A stretch of 64,000 nt of DNA from Hydrolagus colliei. Its lineage: Eukaryota. The DNA is taken from contig CM068743.1 of assembly GCA_035084275.1 (NCBI GenBank), forward strand, positions 104,656,001 through 104,720,000. The letters are read 5' to 3'. This document shows, one piece after another, positions 25,364 to 39,494 of this stretch. The notes beneath the pieces were generated by a model. That model did not search any database, was not told the origin of the DNA, and saw only the letters and a program-made list of their open reading frames with translations. The translations under genes were made by a program, and so were the position numbers. The first letter of the stretch is position 1; each line of letters begins with the position of its first letter.

Positions 25364-25867
25364 TAATCTGGAAGCTTTGTACTGTATATTGCATCTAGCC
25401 ATTTGTATCACAAAGTAAATGATGTTTCATGCACACAGCACACATGTGCAGCATGCAGGCAGTGATGTTACTAATGTGTGCAATGAGCAGGAGGTGATGT
25501 CAGTAAAAATACAGAAGTTGGACATTTAAAAGAAAATCTGTCCCATAACATGCCCACATTATAAGCAACTCATGCTTCAGTGAGGCACTTTATAATGTAG
25601 CCTTATAATTGCAATTAATCTTTAGTTACTGTAGTTGTACTGCAGAAATATTTATCATTCTGTGATATTTCACTTAAATGCACAGTACTATATTTTGTTC
25701 CTGAGATTGTACAATGGATTGCACTAGGTGTTGCGGGTGTGAAGTTTGTTGGCTGCTGCCCAGAAATTATTTTGTGATTTCAGTAGGAATCGAAATTTAA
25801 TGTCAGTCAGGTCTGTTAAATCCGAGATCTAGTTGAGTATTGGTGAAGAATTTGTTGGTTTATAATA

Positions 25868-26546
25868 CAGGTACCCCGCCCCAACTGCGTTTTTTTCTAC
25901 CGCTAATTTCATTTATCCACGGTTGGCTCGCTGTGACAACCCTTGCTAACCACGGCAATGGTTATTGCTTAACCCTTGCTTATCCACTGTTTTAACACTA
26001 ACACTAGCGTTTGGCATTAGGACCCAGTTGCATCAACCAGCCACGATATTGCTTCGCGCTAGCGTTTAGTGGTAGGACCCAGTTGCGATGTCGCTTCTCT
26101 CTTAGGATTAAGGTAAATAACATGAATTTATTGTTGCTTCTCCACATCCCCCTCCCTCGGTGTCACCCACCTCACCACCTTCTCCACATCTCGCCCCCCC
26201 CCCCCCCCCCCGTGTCACCCACCATACCACCTCCCCCAACCTCCATGTCACCCACCACATCATCTTCTCAGTTTAATTCTGTTTCTCTCTCTCTGTGTCT
26301 GTGGTAGATCAGTCAGTCAGCCAGATAGCCTCGTGGATTGCTGCAGATCCTGGCAGCCAATGCTCCCAAACTTACTCCCCCTATCCCCATGTTTCCCATA
26401 GGGCCCTGCATTTTCCAACCACAACAAAGCAAACGTACTCCCCCTATCTCCATGTTTCCCTTTGGACCCTGTATTTTCCAACCGCGGTTTTACTAACTGC
26501 GGAGGTTTTCAGAAACATATCCCCTGCGGTTGGGGAGGGATACCTG
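25868..26546. mobile_element. Tigger-like MITE, second family
   Basis: TIRs caggtaccccgccccaactgcg / tgcggttggggagggatacctg, TA on both sides. Confidence 0.8.
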
Positions 26547-26600
26547 TACTGTAGATTGTTAATGAATTGCAAATGTAGCGACTTGTTTTCTCCATTTTAG

Positions 26601-26741
26601 ATTCTTGGTTTTGGAAATCTGGCTTCAATGGATCCTGACTCCAGTCTAAACAGAACTGCTGTGAATATTGTTGTACCATCAAGCCGTACTCTGAGATATG
26701 GTGTAGCTAGTAGTGTGTGGCTGATGATCGGCCTCATACAG
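26601..26741 (+). CDS. TMEM67: Meckelin exon 21
   Basis: ILGFGNLASMDPDSSLNRTAVNIVVPSSRTLRYGVASSVWLMIGLIQ, 141 nt. Confidence 0.96.
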
Positions 26742-27791
26742 GTGAGAACTGACTGAAATCCCTTGTCATTTGTGTAACTCTACTCTTGAGATATGTAAAA
26801 TGAGATTGCAGAACTACTGTAATGCTCTCTGTCAATGGTGCTACTCTGATCTTCTTTCCATCTCTGAGAACTCCCTGTACTGTCTTTTATGTTGATACAA
26901 TGAAAATTGTAAGCTTCGCAATTGTAGAATTGTGAGCACAAACCTATAGCGCATGTGAAAATGCCATTTTATGTTTGTTTCCCTAACTTTCCAATATAAA
27001 TAATAATCTGAGTGCCTGTACACAAATCCTGGGAAGTACTGAGAACTTTGGTGGAGCTAGATGAAAAGAAAATCTATTTGAAGTATATAGCACGGGTAGC
27101 ATACTCACTTGTGGGTTCAAAGCTAGCATGATGCTGATTGTGGAATAGCCTTCTGACAATCACTGTCTATGCTCACCTAAGTGAGGTATTAGAGGATACC
27201 AAATACTCATGGAACTCTACTTCAGCACAATCCTGTGGCTTTTAGAACGGGAGCTGGAAATTATATTCAGAAAAAGAGGTGCCTAAAGGGAAGTTTGAAA
27301 GAAGGACAGAAAATGAGAGGAGTCAGCATTGATGCAATCCTTGGATTTTAAAGATTGTAGGAGGAAAGAAAAGCTGAGAATTTTGTCGTAAACAAATTTG
27401 TGGTACCGCTAATCAAGCTACACATGTTATAACAGAGCACGTTATAATAATAAAGGAGATTTGCAATTAGTCTACATAGATGCTGGGAGAGAGAAGATTA
27501 GCAGGACAATGTTTAGGTGAGGGTATCGGCAGAGAAAAGTTCAGAGGAATGATGATATTTGCGTCAAAAAGTTAACAGCAGTCTAAATTAAATTTTATCT
27601 TTTTTTGTATCTGTTGGAGCTTTAAAGCAATGCAATTGAAATCTTCCCCATTGAAGCCTTTTGTAATTTGTTTTTTCAATGGAAACTGACATCCTTTTGG
27701 AAATGTTAAAACAAATTTATCACAATTTAGTACTCAAAATGTAAGTGAAAAGTAATTTTAGGTGTTTTAATATATAGCTTTTAATAGCTAA

Positions 27792-27953
<162 letters not shown>

Positions 27954-28034
27954 TAAGTTTAATTATATCTAAAGAAAGTTTAAGTAATCTAAACTTTGTT
28001 TAGTTGTAAGTCATCAAAACAACGACCAGAACAT

Positions 28035-28539
<505 letters not shown>

Positions 28540-29047
28540 TAATACATTTAGTAAATTAAAATCAAGACAAATACATTTTCACCTATTAAGTTCCCTTTAA
28601 TAAAGAACATTCTGAATTTATGTTTCAATCTTGATATTACTAAAGAAGATTTGATTTCTTTGTTGCTGATACTATGTTTCTTGCATTTCTGCCTTCCAAA
28701 TTACTATCACTTGTTTCGAACTAATTCCTTTAAGGAATTTGGTTAAGTTTATTTTACATGAATTGCATTATATAAATTGAAGTTGTTCAAAGCTTTTTCT
28801 TTCTATTCTCAAACCATCAAATCTCAAAAATTGATTTCTTTCCAGATCATAGATTAAAAGTTACAACTTCTATTACTTTGCTATCTTAGTTATCCTGTTT
28901 ATACAGTTTGCTAAATTTTAAGTAAAAATTTATGTACTTTTATAGATTACCAAATTAATTTAATCTGTAACTTTATTTTTTTTAATATTTTTTTTCGTTG
29001 TTGTCTCGTTCAACAATTATATGTTAATCTGCTCTTTCAGATATTAA

Positions 29048-29263
<216 letters not shown>

Positions 29264-29321
29264 TAAAATGTTTCAAGAATATCATTTAAAGTTATTAAAT
29301 TTTATAATAATAATTTTTCAG

Positions 29322-29426
29322 AAAAGTGGACCTGCCAGACTATTGAATAACGCTGGTGATGCTTTTGAACAGAATGTAAAGACCTATAATAACATGAATA
29401 AATTTCTTAGTTCATTTGTTGATCAT
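29322..29426 (+). CDS. TMEM67: Meckelin exon 25
   Basis: KSGPARLLNNAGDAFEQNVKTYNNMNKFLSSFVDH. Confidence 0.96.
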
Positions 29427-29544
29427 GTAAGTATCCTGTTAATTTTCTCTATTTGAATGTAGCCATGTGCATTGACGTAGTCAATGACATAGAACTGGCA
29501 ACAGTGATAAAGTGCTTGCTAAACAATATAGATTAGTGTGATTT

Positions 29545-30050
29545 GTGGAGTCCTATAACTCAATGGTTAGAGCACTCACCTTACAAGCAAAAGACCCGAT
29601 TCCAGGCAGGGGAACCCTTGAGCAAGTTTCCTTACTCCACATGCCTAATAATAATCCCTCAAAAAAAAGAGGTCATTTTAATCCTCGACTGTTTGTGGGA
29701 CACTGGTGTGTGCAATTGCCTGCGTTTCACTCACAAATATAGTCAATTCACTTTACAATATATTCTGTGAAACGTATTAAGACATCGAGAAGATATGAAA
29801 AGTACTATATCAAATGCAAGGTTTATTATTATTAAAAATAACTCATATCTCCTCAAGAAAGGAGCAATTGATTCAGGTAAACACCCGATAACATTTCTAA
29901 TTCCAAAAAATAATAAGAATGATTGCATTTGATATAGTGCATTTCACGTCTTCTAGGCATTTCAAAACGCCTCAAAGAATATACTGTAAAGTGAATTGAC
30001 TGTATATTTGTGGGTGAAACATGGCAGCCAATTGCGCACAGCCTGTGTCC
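29545..30050. mobile_element. Two tRNA-SINEs tail-to-tail (29545-29835 +, 29915-30050 -)
   Basis: Full + copy followed by a reverse-oriented 3' half. Confidence 0.85.
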
Positions 30051-30679
30051 TATGTGATCAGAGGTTATTGTAAAAAAGTAGCAAATATTTGTTTGTGCTA
30101 ATTGTCTCCCATTCTACTTTCCTGAAAGTACTGAATTTTTTGTTCTATAGATGTAGATAGCTCTCTAGTTCCACGCCTAAGTGTCCTTTTTTTTTGCGAG
30201 CTGATACAATGCGTGCTTGCAAGCAACTCAACCATTGGGAGAATGGAAATATAAAGATCCCAGCTGAGCTTGATCTTGTTCTCACTCCTATCAATTGTGG
30301 TTCCTATATAATGGTTGTAAGTCAGTGCTGCATCAGTTTCCCTTTGCTACCCAGGGGTGTTGGGCACAAATCTCAAAAGGCTACTCTCACTGAGAGCACA
30401 GAGGAGGAATCAAGCCTATCATTTAATTCATATGACTTTAGTACTACAAACGTTAGTAACTTTATTTATTAGGATATGTGGTGCATGCTTGTATTAGATT
30501 GAAGTTGCACTTTGGCAGGCGCCAAAGTGTATGGCATTTTGCTAATGCACATGCTCCAGAACAGCCTTAACTTGCACTATATATTAATTAATTTTTTTAA
30601 ATTAATTTTCCCTGTTCTCTGCTAGTGTTTATCTGGGTTGATAAAAAGTTGCACTTGTTTTTCTTTTCTATACTTGAAG

Positions 30680-30782
30680 TCCCTTCGTGACTTGGATTAC
30701 ATTGTGAAGGACAAACTATTGTTTGAACAAATAGTAGGATTGGAGCTGAATGAACCAATAGACAAGAGCATATTTTACAATG
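30680..30782 (+). CDS. TMEM67: Meckelin exon 26
   Basis: SLRDLDYIVKDKLLFEQIVGLELNEPIDKSIFYN, 103 nt. Confidence 0.96.
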
Positions 30783-31764
30783 GTATATTTTCCTTTGAAT
30801 TTTTTCTAGTAAATTTAGTATTAGTAAATTTACAGAAGCCAATCAAATAGTAATCAGTTGTCTGATTTCAACCAAATAATTCAATTTGGTTTTGTGAGTA
30901 ATGCAGAATTTTTTTTTACTGTCAATTTAGAATATTTGATTCACCAAACAATTTTTAAAAAAAGTACAAATGTTAAAGATTCTGATCATTTAAACACCTT
31001 TTCTATTCCAGACTGAAAGAGAGAATTTTACTTTTATTTGGTTATACTGTATCTTTACCACAAACATTGATATAACCACAAATGAGATCTGAGAACTATT
31101 AGTGCAGGAAATACAATGAATATTTCTTACCTTTTGGATACTAGTCTTATCTCAGGCAAATTTGTGTGAAACATTTGTGAAAATTATTTCCTGCATCGCA
31201 TACTGATAAGAATACAGTATTACAATTTTGGGAGATGGAATGAGGAGAAACTAATCCCTAATTTACATTCCAAGATTGCCGTTCACTAATCTTTGAAAAT
31301 GTAAACAAATTGGCACAATTCATGCTGCCTCATTTCAAAAGTGACCTGTACCAATGCCTGGTGTACAGTACTCAGCAACAATTTATCGCTACGGCAAGAT
31401 AAAGAGCACTGCAATCCAGTCGGGCGATCTCACCATATGGCTGTCATCATTGATTATGTGAACTGAGAGGCTGTTGATTAGGTCGCATATGAATTTCCTT
31501 CTTGAACCCAACAGGATCAGAGAATGGCATAAAGTGAAATTGTATAGCTGCCGTTGTTGACCTCTGGAACATTCTGTTCTGTTTTTTGATGCTAAAGTAG
31601 AAGGACTGATTCCCATAAAACAATCTCATCTGAATGGTTCCAAAAGTAAAACTTGAGCAATTTTGTTTTAACTAAGCCCTCATTCATTCTGCAAAATTGA
31701 TGGCGAGTTCCAATGGTTTGCCACCATACAGTGTGTGAACATAGCATCAATAATGCAAGATTAA

Positions 31765-31947
<183 letters not shown>

Positions 31948-32238
31948 TAGTTGAAAACTTATATTGTATATGCAACAAAAGTAATGACCGCAAGAAAATC
32001 AAATGGCTGGTTGTTCTGTTATTATATTTAGCTTGTAACCTATTGTGTTCCACATGACACCTCTCTGTTCTCTTCAGTATGCTGCTTCTGTCAGCATCAA
32101 CTAAAAGTAATCATTGTATTAACCTTTTTCTTCAGATGTAATCTGAAGAGTATCTTCTCTCACAATAATTAGATTACCACTTTTTAATGACTATTACATC
32201 TCATTTATATATATTATAAGAAATATAGAATTCTGCAG

Positions 32239-32929
32239 CAGGGTCCGGCGATATATCGCTAAAACCCGATATAATTTTCATATTGATATGCCGATATAGG
32301 CATTTCAAAAATATCGATATATCGAAAAATCAATATATCGAGGGAAAAACTCGGAATGCGCGCACACTGAACTACAAGACCCAGAATGCTCATCTCTATA
32401 CACAATGCACAGACCGAGGTGCAAAGCCACCATATTGTATTCATAGTCCTCGAATACAATATACAGATATGCAAGAGGTGGGGTGGGGAGAGAAGGCTGG
32501 GGGGGCCAGGGGGTGAGGGGGAGAGAGACGGCTGGTGGGGGGGTGAGGGGGAGAGAGATGGCTGGGGGGGTGGGAGAGAGACGACTGGGGGGGTGGGGGG
32601 GTGGGAGAGAGACGGCTGGGGGGTGGGGGGGAGAGAGACGGCTGGGGGGGTTGGGGGGGAGAGATGGGGTGGATGTGATAATATACAGATAGATAGAGAT
32701 GGGGGGGTTGTGAGAGAGACACAGACAGAAAAACACAGAGATGGAGAGAGTGAGAGACACAGAGAGAGAAATATATTTACCTCCTGAGGAGATAGGCCCG
32801 GAACGCGCGCGCACTCTGAATGTGCGCATGCGCAGTACGAAAAACCCGGAAATATCGATATTTCGGTATATCTCGATATGAGCCCATCGATATATCTAAA
32901 TCGGAAAATTTCCATATCGACGGACCCTA
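32239..32929 (-). mobile_element. Non-autonomous hAT-type DNA transposon (strand given relative to the 39495 copy)
   Basis: TIRs cagggtccggcgatat / atatcgacggacccta, perfect 8-bp TSD TTCTGCAG (32231-32238 and 32930-32937), G-rich internal satellite. Confidence 0.92.
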
Positions 32930-33107
32930 TTCTGCAGGTTTATCTTCAGTCATTGTGATCCAAAATGATAAAAATCCTCTTGCATATTTTAAAATGTATA
33001 TTGTGTAAGGATCAATATTTATAAAAACAAGGCTTTTAAAATTTTATTTAAAAATCAAATTACAGTACTTAATATTTCTCTAACCAATTTGCTTATCTGG
33101 TTTTCAG

Positions 33108-33188
33108 TTTTTTCGGATGATCTGTCATGCAGTAGCACGCAAGAACCTAGCCATGAAAACACTTATAGATGAGCGATTTCTCCTGTAA
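33108..33188 (+). CDS. TMEM67: Meckelin terminal coding exon 28
   Basis: FFRMICHAVARKNLAMKTLIDERFLL*, compare human ..KNLASKTLVDQRFLI*. Confidence 0.96.
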   Translation, partial: FFRMICHAVARKNLAMKTLIDERFLL

Positions 33189-33229
33189 AATGCACATCTG
33201 TGAGGAATGCATTCAAATGGTACCTAATA

Positions 33230-33556
33230 CAGTAAAACCTTTGTTACCGGCACACTCGGGACATGACCGGTGCCGGTTAATTAAATATGCCAGATATTCG
33301 AGTGGCCAGCTGCTGAAAATCCTACACAAAAAATTAACTTATTTTAAAACATACCATATTAATAATAGACTAAATAATAACAGATTATTGTATAGATACT
33401 TACTAATAAAGCATTCCAGCACACTCTGTAAAATGATCGCTAAGAAAGCATTCCAGCGTTCGGTAAGTTTAATAAGTGCGCATGCGCAAAGTGAGCATAC
33501 CGCGAGTGTCCCAGATCTTCCAATACAATTGGATACCGATAAACAAGGTTTTACTG
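33230..33556. mobile_element. Tigger-like MITE in the presumptive TMEM67 3' UTR
   Basis: TIRs cagtaaaacctttgtta / taaacaaggttttactg, TA TSD. Confidence 0.85.
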
Positions 33557-34889
33557 TACCAGGAATTAGTGTTACCAACTTCTATTATTATTTGATCTAA
33601 TTCTCAACTTCAATTACTGGACAATTACAACAAATCGTCCTCAATAATTGCAAAGTGTTAAAGTATTTGCAATCCTGTGTATCTTATTTACTAGGTTAAT
33701 GGCAGTGTTATTTATAAAGGGAATGTTTGCCACTTTCATTAGTATAGGCTTTTTTCCACCATTATATCTTCAATTCCTTTATCTATATTCAGTTCTTACG
33801 CCATTCACTATTCCTCAATCAAGGGGATGGATGTTTGAGCAATGTTTTAAAGCTCTGTTAATATTGTTCCACAATCAAAGAATGTTCCATAGTCCCGGAT
33901 TTTTCTCCTAAAGAGAAGAGCTTAGCTTTTGTCAATGCTGCTCCTACAATGGTAACAATAACTCAACACAGTATCTAACAAGGATTCTAGTGTCAATAAT
34001 GTTGCATGACCACTGATAAACATTCTTGCATTGTTAAAATATATAACTTGCATGCTTCTGTTCTCTGTTAAAGATTTTATACATATTTAATATATAGCTT
34101 CTGCAAAAAAAAATTGTATGTTTTATTGAACTCAGTAAAGCAAATTTCAAATTAACATGGTAAAACACTCGGGTTGAAATTCTGGGGGACAAACTTCTAG
34201 TATGTTCAGCTCTATTGGCATATGGATTTTCTTATGAAACCTATTCCTCCAGATTTTTGCAATCAAGTAACATGATGCCATTTTCAATCAGGTATAATGG
34301 AGGGTGGCAAAGGCACATACATAAGAGGACAGCGTAAGCTATTACCTGGGAAAGTTATTTTTAAGAATATGGTTATTGGTTATTGACATTAAATATCTAC
34401 TGAATTCTGTGGATTAAAGAATGCTGGACATTACACTGCCATGGTCAATCAATACAGATGTGGAAAGCCTACATGATGTAATACTCAACAAGAAAGCCTA
34501 TAATGAATATAATTACTACAGCATGGTATGATTGTACTACTGGTATACCTAATTGATAGTGGTACTGGGAGTCCAGAATGGAGAATAAAAACATTGAAGT
34601 GAACTCTAAGCCACAAAAAAGATATATCTAGCCCTGAGGTGCATAAAGAAATGTATCTGGATCAATCATATTTACTACATTGAAACATCTCATAGTACTT
34701 TGTAATACTTATTGTCAAGTACAGCAATTGATATTGTAGACAAATGTAGCAGCTATTTGCAATAACAATAGTCATGAGTTGGGCCAATGGAAAAGTGCAT
34801 TCGTTCTTTTCTGAGGAATTTGTTACAAATTTGCTAACCAGTGTTGTTTCTAAACCTAGCCATTCCCCCGGTACAACAGCCATCTCTGC

Positions 34890-36255
34890 TCACTCACATC
34901 AAAATACGGATGCTCAAGCGCAGATGGCAAGAATTCGGCCTTACGGATGGATGACCACCAGCGGTGGCTTGATTACCACCGCACCTACCCCCTCTCGCTC
35001 CTAGGCCAAACTGACTTATACTCTAAAGTCATGCTGGAGGCAAACATCAATCCAACGACACTGTTTTGCATTGTCCATCATCTCCTTGGTGGATCCTCTC
35101 AAGCTCCCTCTATTCTCACATCAGACACCAAGTGTGAAGAGGTCCCAGACTTCTTTGCCTCAAAAATTGAAAGCATCTGCTTGGCTGCATCATCCTCTCC
35201 CCTCCCCCACTCCCCCTCCCCATGTCCTCTTCCACCCACACAGACCATCTACACCACTGCTGACACTCCCCCTCCGTACACTCCTTTTCCCCTATTTCTC
35301 CCTCCACTCCTTCCTTTCACACCCCTCCTCAGAAAGCTAACCTCGATCTCTCTAATCCTATGACAGCTTCTCTACCTATCCTTCCTTGCCAAAGTCCTGG
35401 AATGCATTGCTGTAGGTCAACTTTGTTCACACCTCTCCCTCCTCACCCTTCTCGAGACACTGCAGTTTGGTTTTCACCCTCCCCCAGAGACAGGGCTTGT
35501 CAAAGTCACAAACAACTTCTCTCTAAGACCAGGCTTCCCTCTGCCTCCTCGTCCTAGATCTTTCAGTCGCGTTCGACATAGTCGACCACACCATCCTCCT
35601 CCCTAATCTACCTTAGTAGGATCGCATTTCCTTGGTTCGAATCCTACTTAACCATCCACCTTCCACTTCAGCTCAGCAAATTGTTGCTTCTCCCACCCTT
35701 GCCCAGTCCCCTGCAGGGTACCTTACGGGTTCATCCTGGGCCCTCTTCTTTTCCTTGTTTATATACTCCCTCTGGGTGATGTCATCCGCAGACAGTGGGT
35801 AAACATCCACTTGTATGTGGATGACACACAAATTTATTCTGTATCCACATCTCAGCAGTTTTGGCCAAGCTCTACTGACTCCCCATCATGGAATGGATTG
35901 ACTTCAAGACACTAACATTTGTATCCAAATCACTTCTCTCCCTGGCACCTCCCTATCTCTCCAACCTCCTCACTCCCCAATCCAACACCCGGCACCTCCT
36001 TTCAACTGGCATCAGCACTTTCCTTGTCTCTCACATTCTCCGCCCCACCAAAGCTTTCAGCCACTATGCTTCCAAACTCTGGAACACTCCTTCAAACCCT
36101 CCGACTTGCTCCCTCCCCTTTTCAAACCGTGCTTCGACCGTGCTTAGAGCTACCGTATCCCCCCACCCCCCAACTCAGAATTGGGCTCCATCACTGTCAA
36201 GTGCTCTGAGACGCTACCCAGCATGGAGGGTGCTATATAAGTGCAAGTTGTTGTA
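34890..36255 (+). mobile_element. Degenerate, internally deleted L2 LINE
   Basis: FFASKIESI, DLSVAFDIVDH, YVDDTQ, LAPPYLSNLL, AFSHYASKLWN and a gttgttg tail. Confidence 0.88.
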
Positions 36256-38062
36256 CTACAAATCTCGTTTGTGGCCTGCGGACTATTTGCCTGTTTACCT
36301 GACGTTGCTGTAGGCAGAACAGTGGAGGCACATGCACTTATGTTTAGTTTTTTTCAATAAAGTGAAATAAAGCAGTAAAATGTACCTCAATAGCATCAAT
36401 CAAAGCCTGCAATTATCTGCAAAATTTGACAGAAATGTCCCTGCAATTTGTAAAAAATATTTCTGCAATTTTCTATTGACCCAGGCATGAGGTGATGCTC
36501 CAATCAATTTGGAGCATCATTAGATGGGGAGGGAATAGAGAAAGAGATGGAACCAGCAAAATACAAATATGTAAATGAAACAGAATAAAGGGAGCTAAAT
36601 AAGGAATTACTGTACATTACTACGAAATACTGCAAATTTAGCACTGACTTGTTTAGGCTTCTTTCCTACCTCTTTTTTCACTGTTTGGGAACTACTGGCC
36701 GGGATTGATGGTAGCTGTATTCATAACAAAGTCATGGCAGATGTAATCGCAAAAGTATTTTGAATTAATTTACATGAAACTCAATTTCATTTGTGATGAC
36801 AAACAGAATTTAAATTGGTTAATTTATGTCATGGCAACCTGAATGAAACGTCTTAATAAATCTCTGGTTAATAGTCTGTACTGTCAGGAAGCAGTAAATA
36901 CAGAAAATAATAAATATCAGATTAAATCCACAATTCCATTAATCACCCACTTGCAACTGATTACTTAATGCCAACAAATATCTTGTGGTCACTTCAAATA
37001 TATCACTGGCACATATTTGATATCCAGAAAATTAATTGGCCATTAATCATATCAGCAAGTAGTCACTGTTAATTAATTTTCTTATTCATTATTGAGCAAA
37101 AGTTAATTTTTTTCTTATTTGCTTTCAATGGAAGGTATATCTTTAAACTGCTAAAATTGGTGTACTGGTCTAGCAACAACACAAGGGGGCAATCATGTCC
37201 CTTGTTAATATAGAACTGAAATAAAACTACAATTTGAATCTTTATATCACAACGTTGAACTATCTCAAAGTGTTTTACAAATATTTGTCAAATATGATAC
37301 AGGTACTGTATTTGTATGTGAATGTGGCATCTAATTTGAGCACATCAACGTCCCCAAAACAGCCATGAAGAGAATGATCAATTTATCTGTACTTGGAGGA
37401 TTGTTGGTCATGACACTGGAAGAAACTGATCAAATACTGTAGTGTAATGCGATCGTTAATGTTCAGGAGATGATACTAATAATAATCCTTGCATTTCATA
37501 TAGCGCTTTTCACATCTTATTGACATCTCAAAGCGCTTCACAGAATATACTGTAAAGTGAATTGACTGTATATATTTGAGGGCGAAACGCGATATGACTA
37601 GTTCATTTCAAGTAATTACAATCTGATATTCAGGTAGTTATAGATGAGCATCAGGTAGGACCTGAAGGTAGACTATAGAATCATTGAATTATACAGCACA
37701 TGAGGAGGCCATTCGGGCCCAGATAAACTATTATTGAGGGCAGTGAGATTAACAAGACTTGCCTCACACACCATGACACATGTGGGTACTTTAGGTCACT
37801 GGTCTTTATTTCATTGCTGTATCTCCTTCCTCCCCACATGTTCACTTTCATAATATTGTTGGAAATAAATATATAAACTGAATGTTGAGGCTGAATGATT
37901 GTGAGCCCCAGTGTGGTGTGCTGTGATTAAGAAAATCCCAGGTCACCATTGTGGCACATTACAATTACTGTTGGTATCACTGAGCTAAAGAGGCAGAAGG
38001 GACGAGAGAAACATCCAGGGTTCTAATCGCTATCTTGTAACTCGAATCAATATTTATGGATA

Positions 38063-38392
38063 TAATAATAATCCTTGCATTTAATATACCGCTTTTCACA
38101 TCTTCTATATGTCTCAAAGCGCTTCACAGAATATACTGTAAAGTGCATTGACTGTATATTTGTGGGCGAAACGCAGCAGCCAATTGCGCACAGCAGATTC
38201 CCACAAACAGTCGTGGATTGAAATAATCAATTCCCAAAAAAAAATTTGGAGGGATTATTAGGTGTGTGGAGTACGGGCACTTGATTATTATTATTATTAC
38301 TTGCCCAAGGTTTCGCCCTGACCTGCCTGGATTCAAACACAGGTTTCACGCTTGTAAGCCAAATTCTCTAACCACTGAGTTACAGGACTCCA
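38063..38392 (-). mobile_element. tRNA-SINE
   Basis: Full reverse-oriented copy. Confidence 0.9.
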
Positions 38393-38567
38393 CAAGGTAT
38401 GGTTGCGGTTTGATTGTAATATCCTCTGTGGTTGTCAAATGGAATAACTCTCACATGAAGAATGATCACCCATAGGGTCCTCCAATAGGTATTGGATAAA
38501 TACACCAAGCAGAGCAAAAAGTTGCAGGTTCAAATCCCAGTTTGTGCTGCTTACTTTAACCAAGGAC

Positions 38568-38992
38568 ATAAGAACATAAGGATTAGGAGCAGGATTAGGC
38601 CATTTGGCCCCTTGAGCATGCCCTGCCATTCAATAAAATCATGGCTGATCTTCTAATCTAACTCCACCTACCCGCCTTATCCCCATATCCCTTAATCCAC
38701 AAGAAATCTATCAATTTTAGTCTTGAATATGTTCAAGGACTGAGCATCTATAGCCCTTTGGGGTAGAGAATTCCATAAATTCACTACCCTCTGAGTGAAG
38801 AAATGTTTCCTCAACTTAGTGCGAATGGGCTGTCCACTAATTTTAAGACTGTGACCCCTGGTTATAGTTTCTCCAACCAGGGGAAACAGTCTCCCACTAT
38901 CTACTCTGTCTTGCCCCTTAATAATCTTATAGGTTTCTATAAGATGACCTCTAATTCTTCTATATTCTAGAGAATATAGGCCTAGATTGCTC
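38568..38992 (-). mobile_element. CR1 LINE 3' end
   Basis: LGLYSLEYRRIRGHLIETYKI..FFTQRVVNLWNSLP, (cataagaa)n tail. Confidence 0.93.
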
Positions 38993-39014
38993 ATAATGAC
39001 AATAAGTTATGAAT

Positions 39015-39212
39015 TGAGTAACCAAATTATTATTTTTTTGAAGGAATTATTACCTCGGAAAGCGATCCGCCAATTGACTAAGAACAAGGTTCCTACTTAC
39101 TGCTCGGTGAACACAGGCATGTCGAGTAAGGAAAGTTGCCCAAGGTTTTGTCCTGACTGGCCTGAAATCAATCATGTCTCTCACTTGCAAGATGAGTGCT
39201 CTAACCATTGAG
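39015..39212 (-). mobile_element. tRNA-SINE, long subfamily, partial
   Basis: Contains the extra segment agcgatccgccaattgactaagaacaaggttcctacttactgct. Confidence 0.75.
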
Positions 39213-39494
39213 CACTAGTCGCATCAGGAAATCATCCCAAACTGCATCAAATGACTTGCTGGGAAAACATGGCAGCCATTAATACATAGCATTGGCTTAC
39301 ATATAGCTGAGTGAATAATATATTTTACTGATAATAATCCTTGCTTTTGATGTATAATTTCTTTCTCATATGGTGCTAAAACATTAATTAAATTAATTAT
39401 ACAACTTACATATAACCTCTTCCTTGGCCACAGGCTACATGTTTCTTTAGTAATATTAAGCTTAATTAATAATTAATCAACATTAATTTCCAAG

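Noticed and set aside
27090-27260. Possible ancient SINE-like remnants (also about 37880-38045 and 43650-43810)
   Set aside because: Too decayed to assign from the sequence alone.
32480-32670. Repeat array superficially like a CRISPR
   Set aside because: No unique spacers, no cas genes and a eukaryotic context; it is a minisatellite.
32259-32915. Overlapping Pro/Ser- and Gly-rich ORFs, also at 39534-40250
   Set aside because: Artifacts of the low-complexity satellite inside the hAT elements; no transposase motifs.
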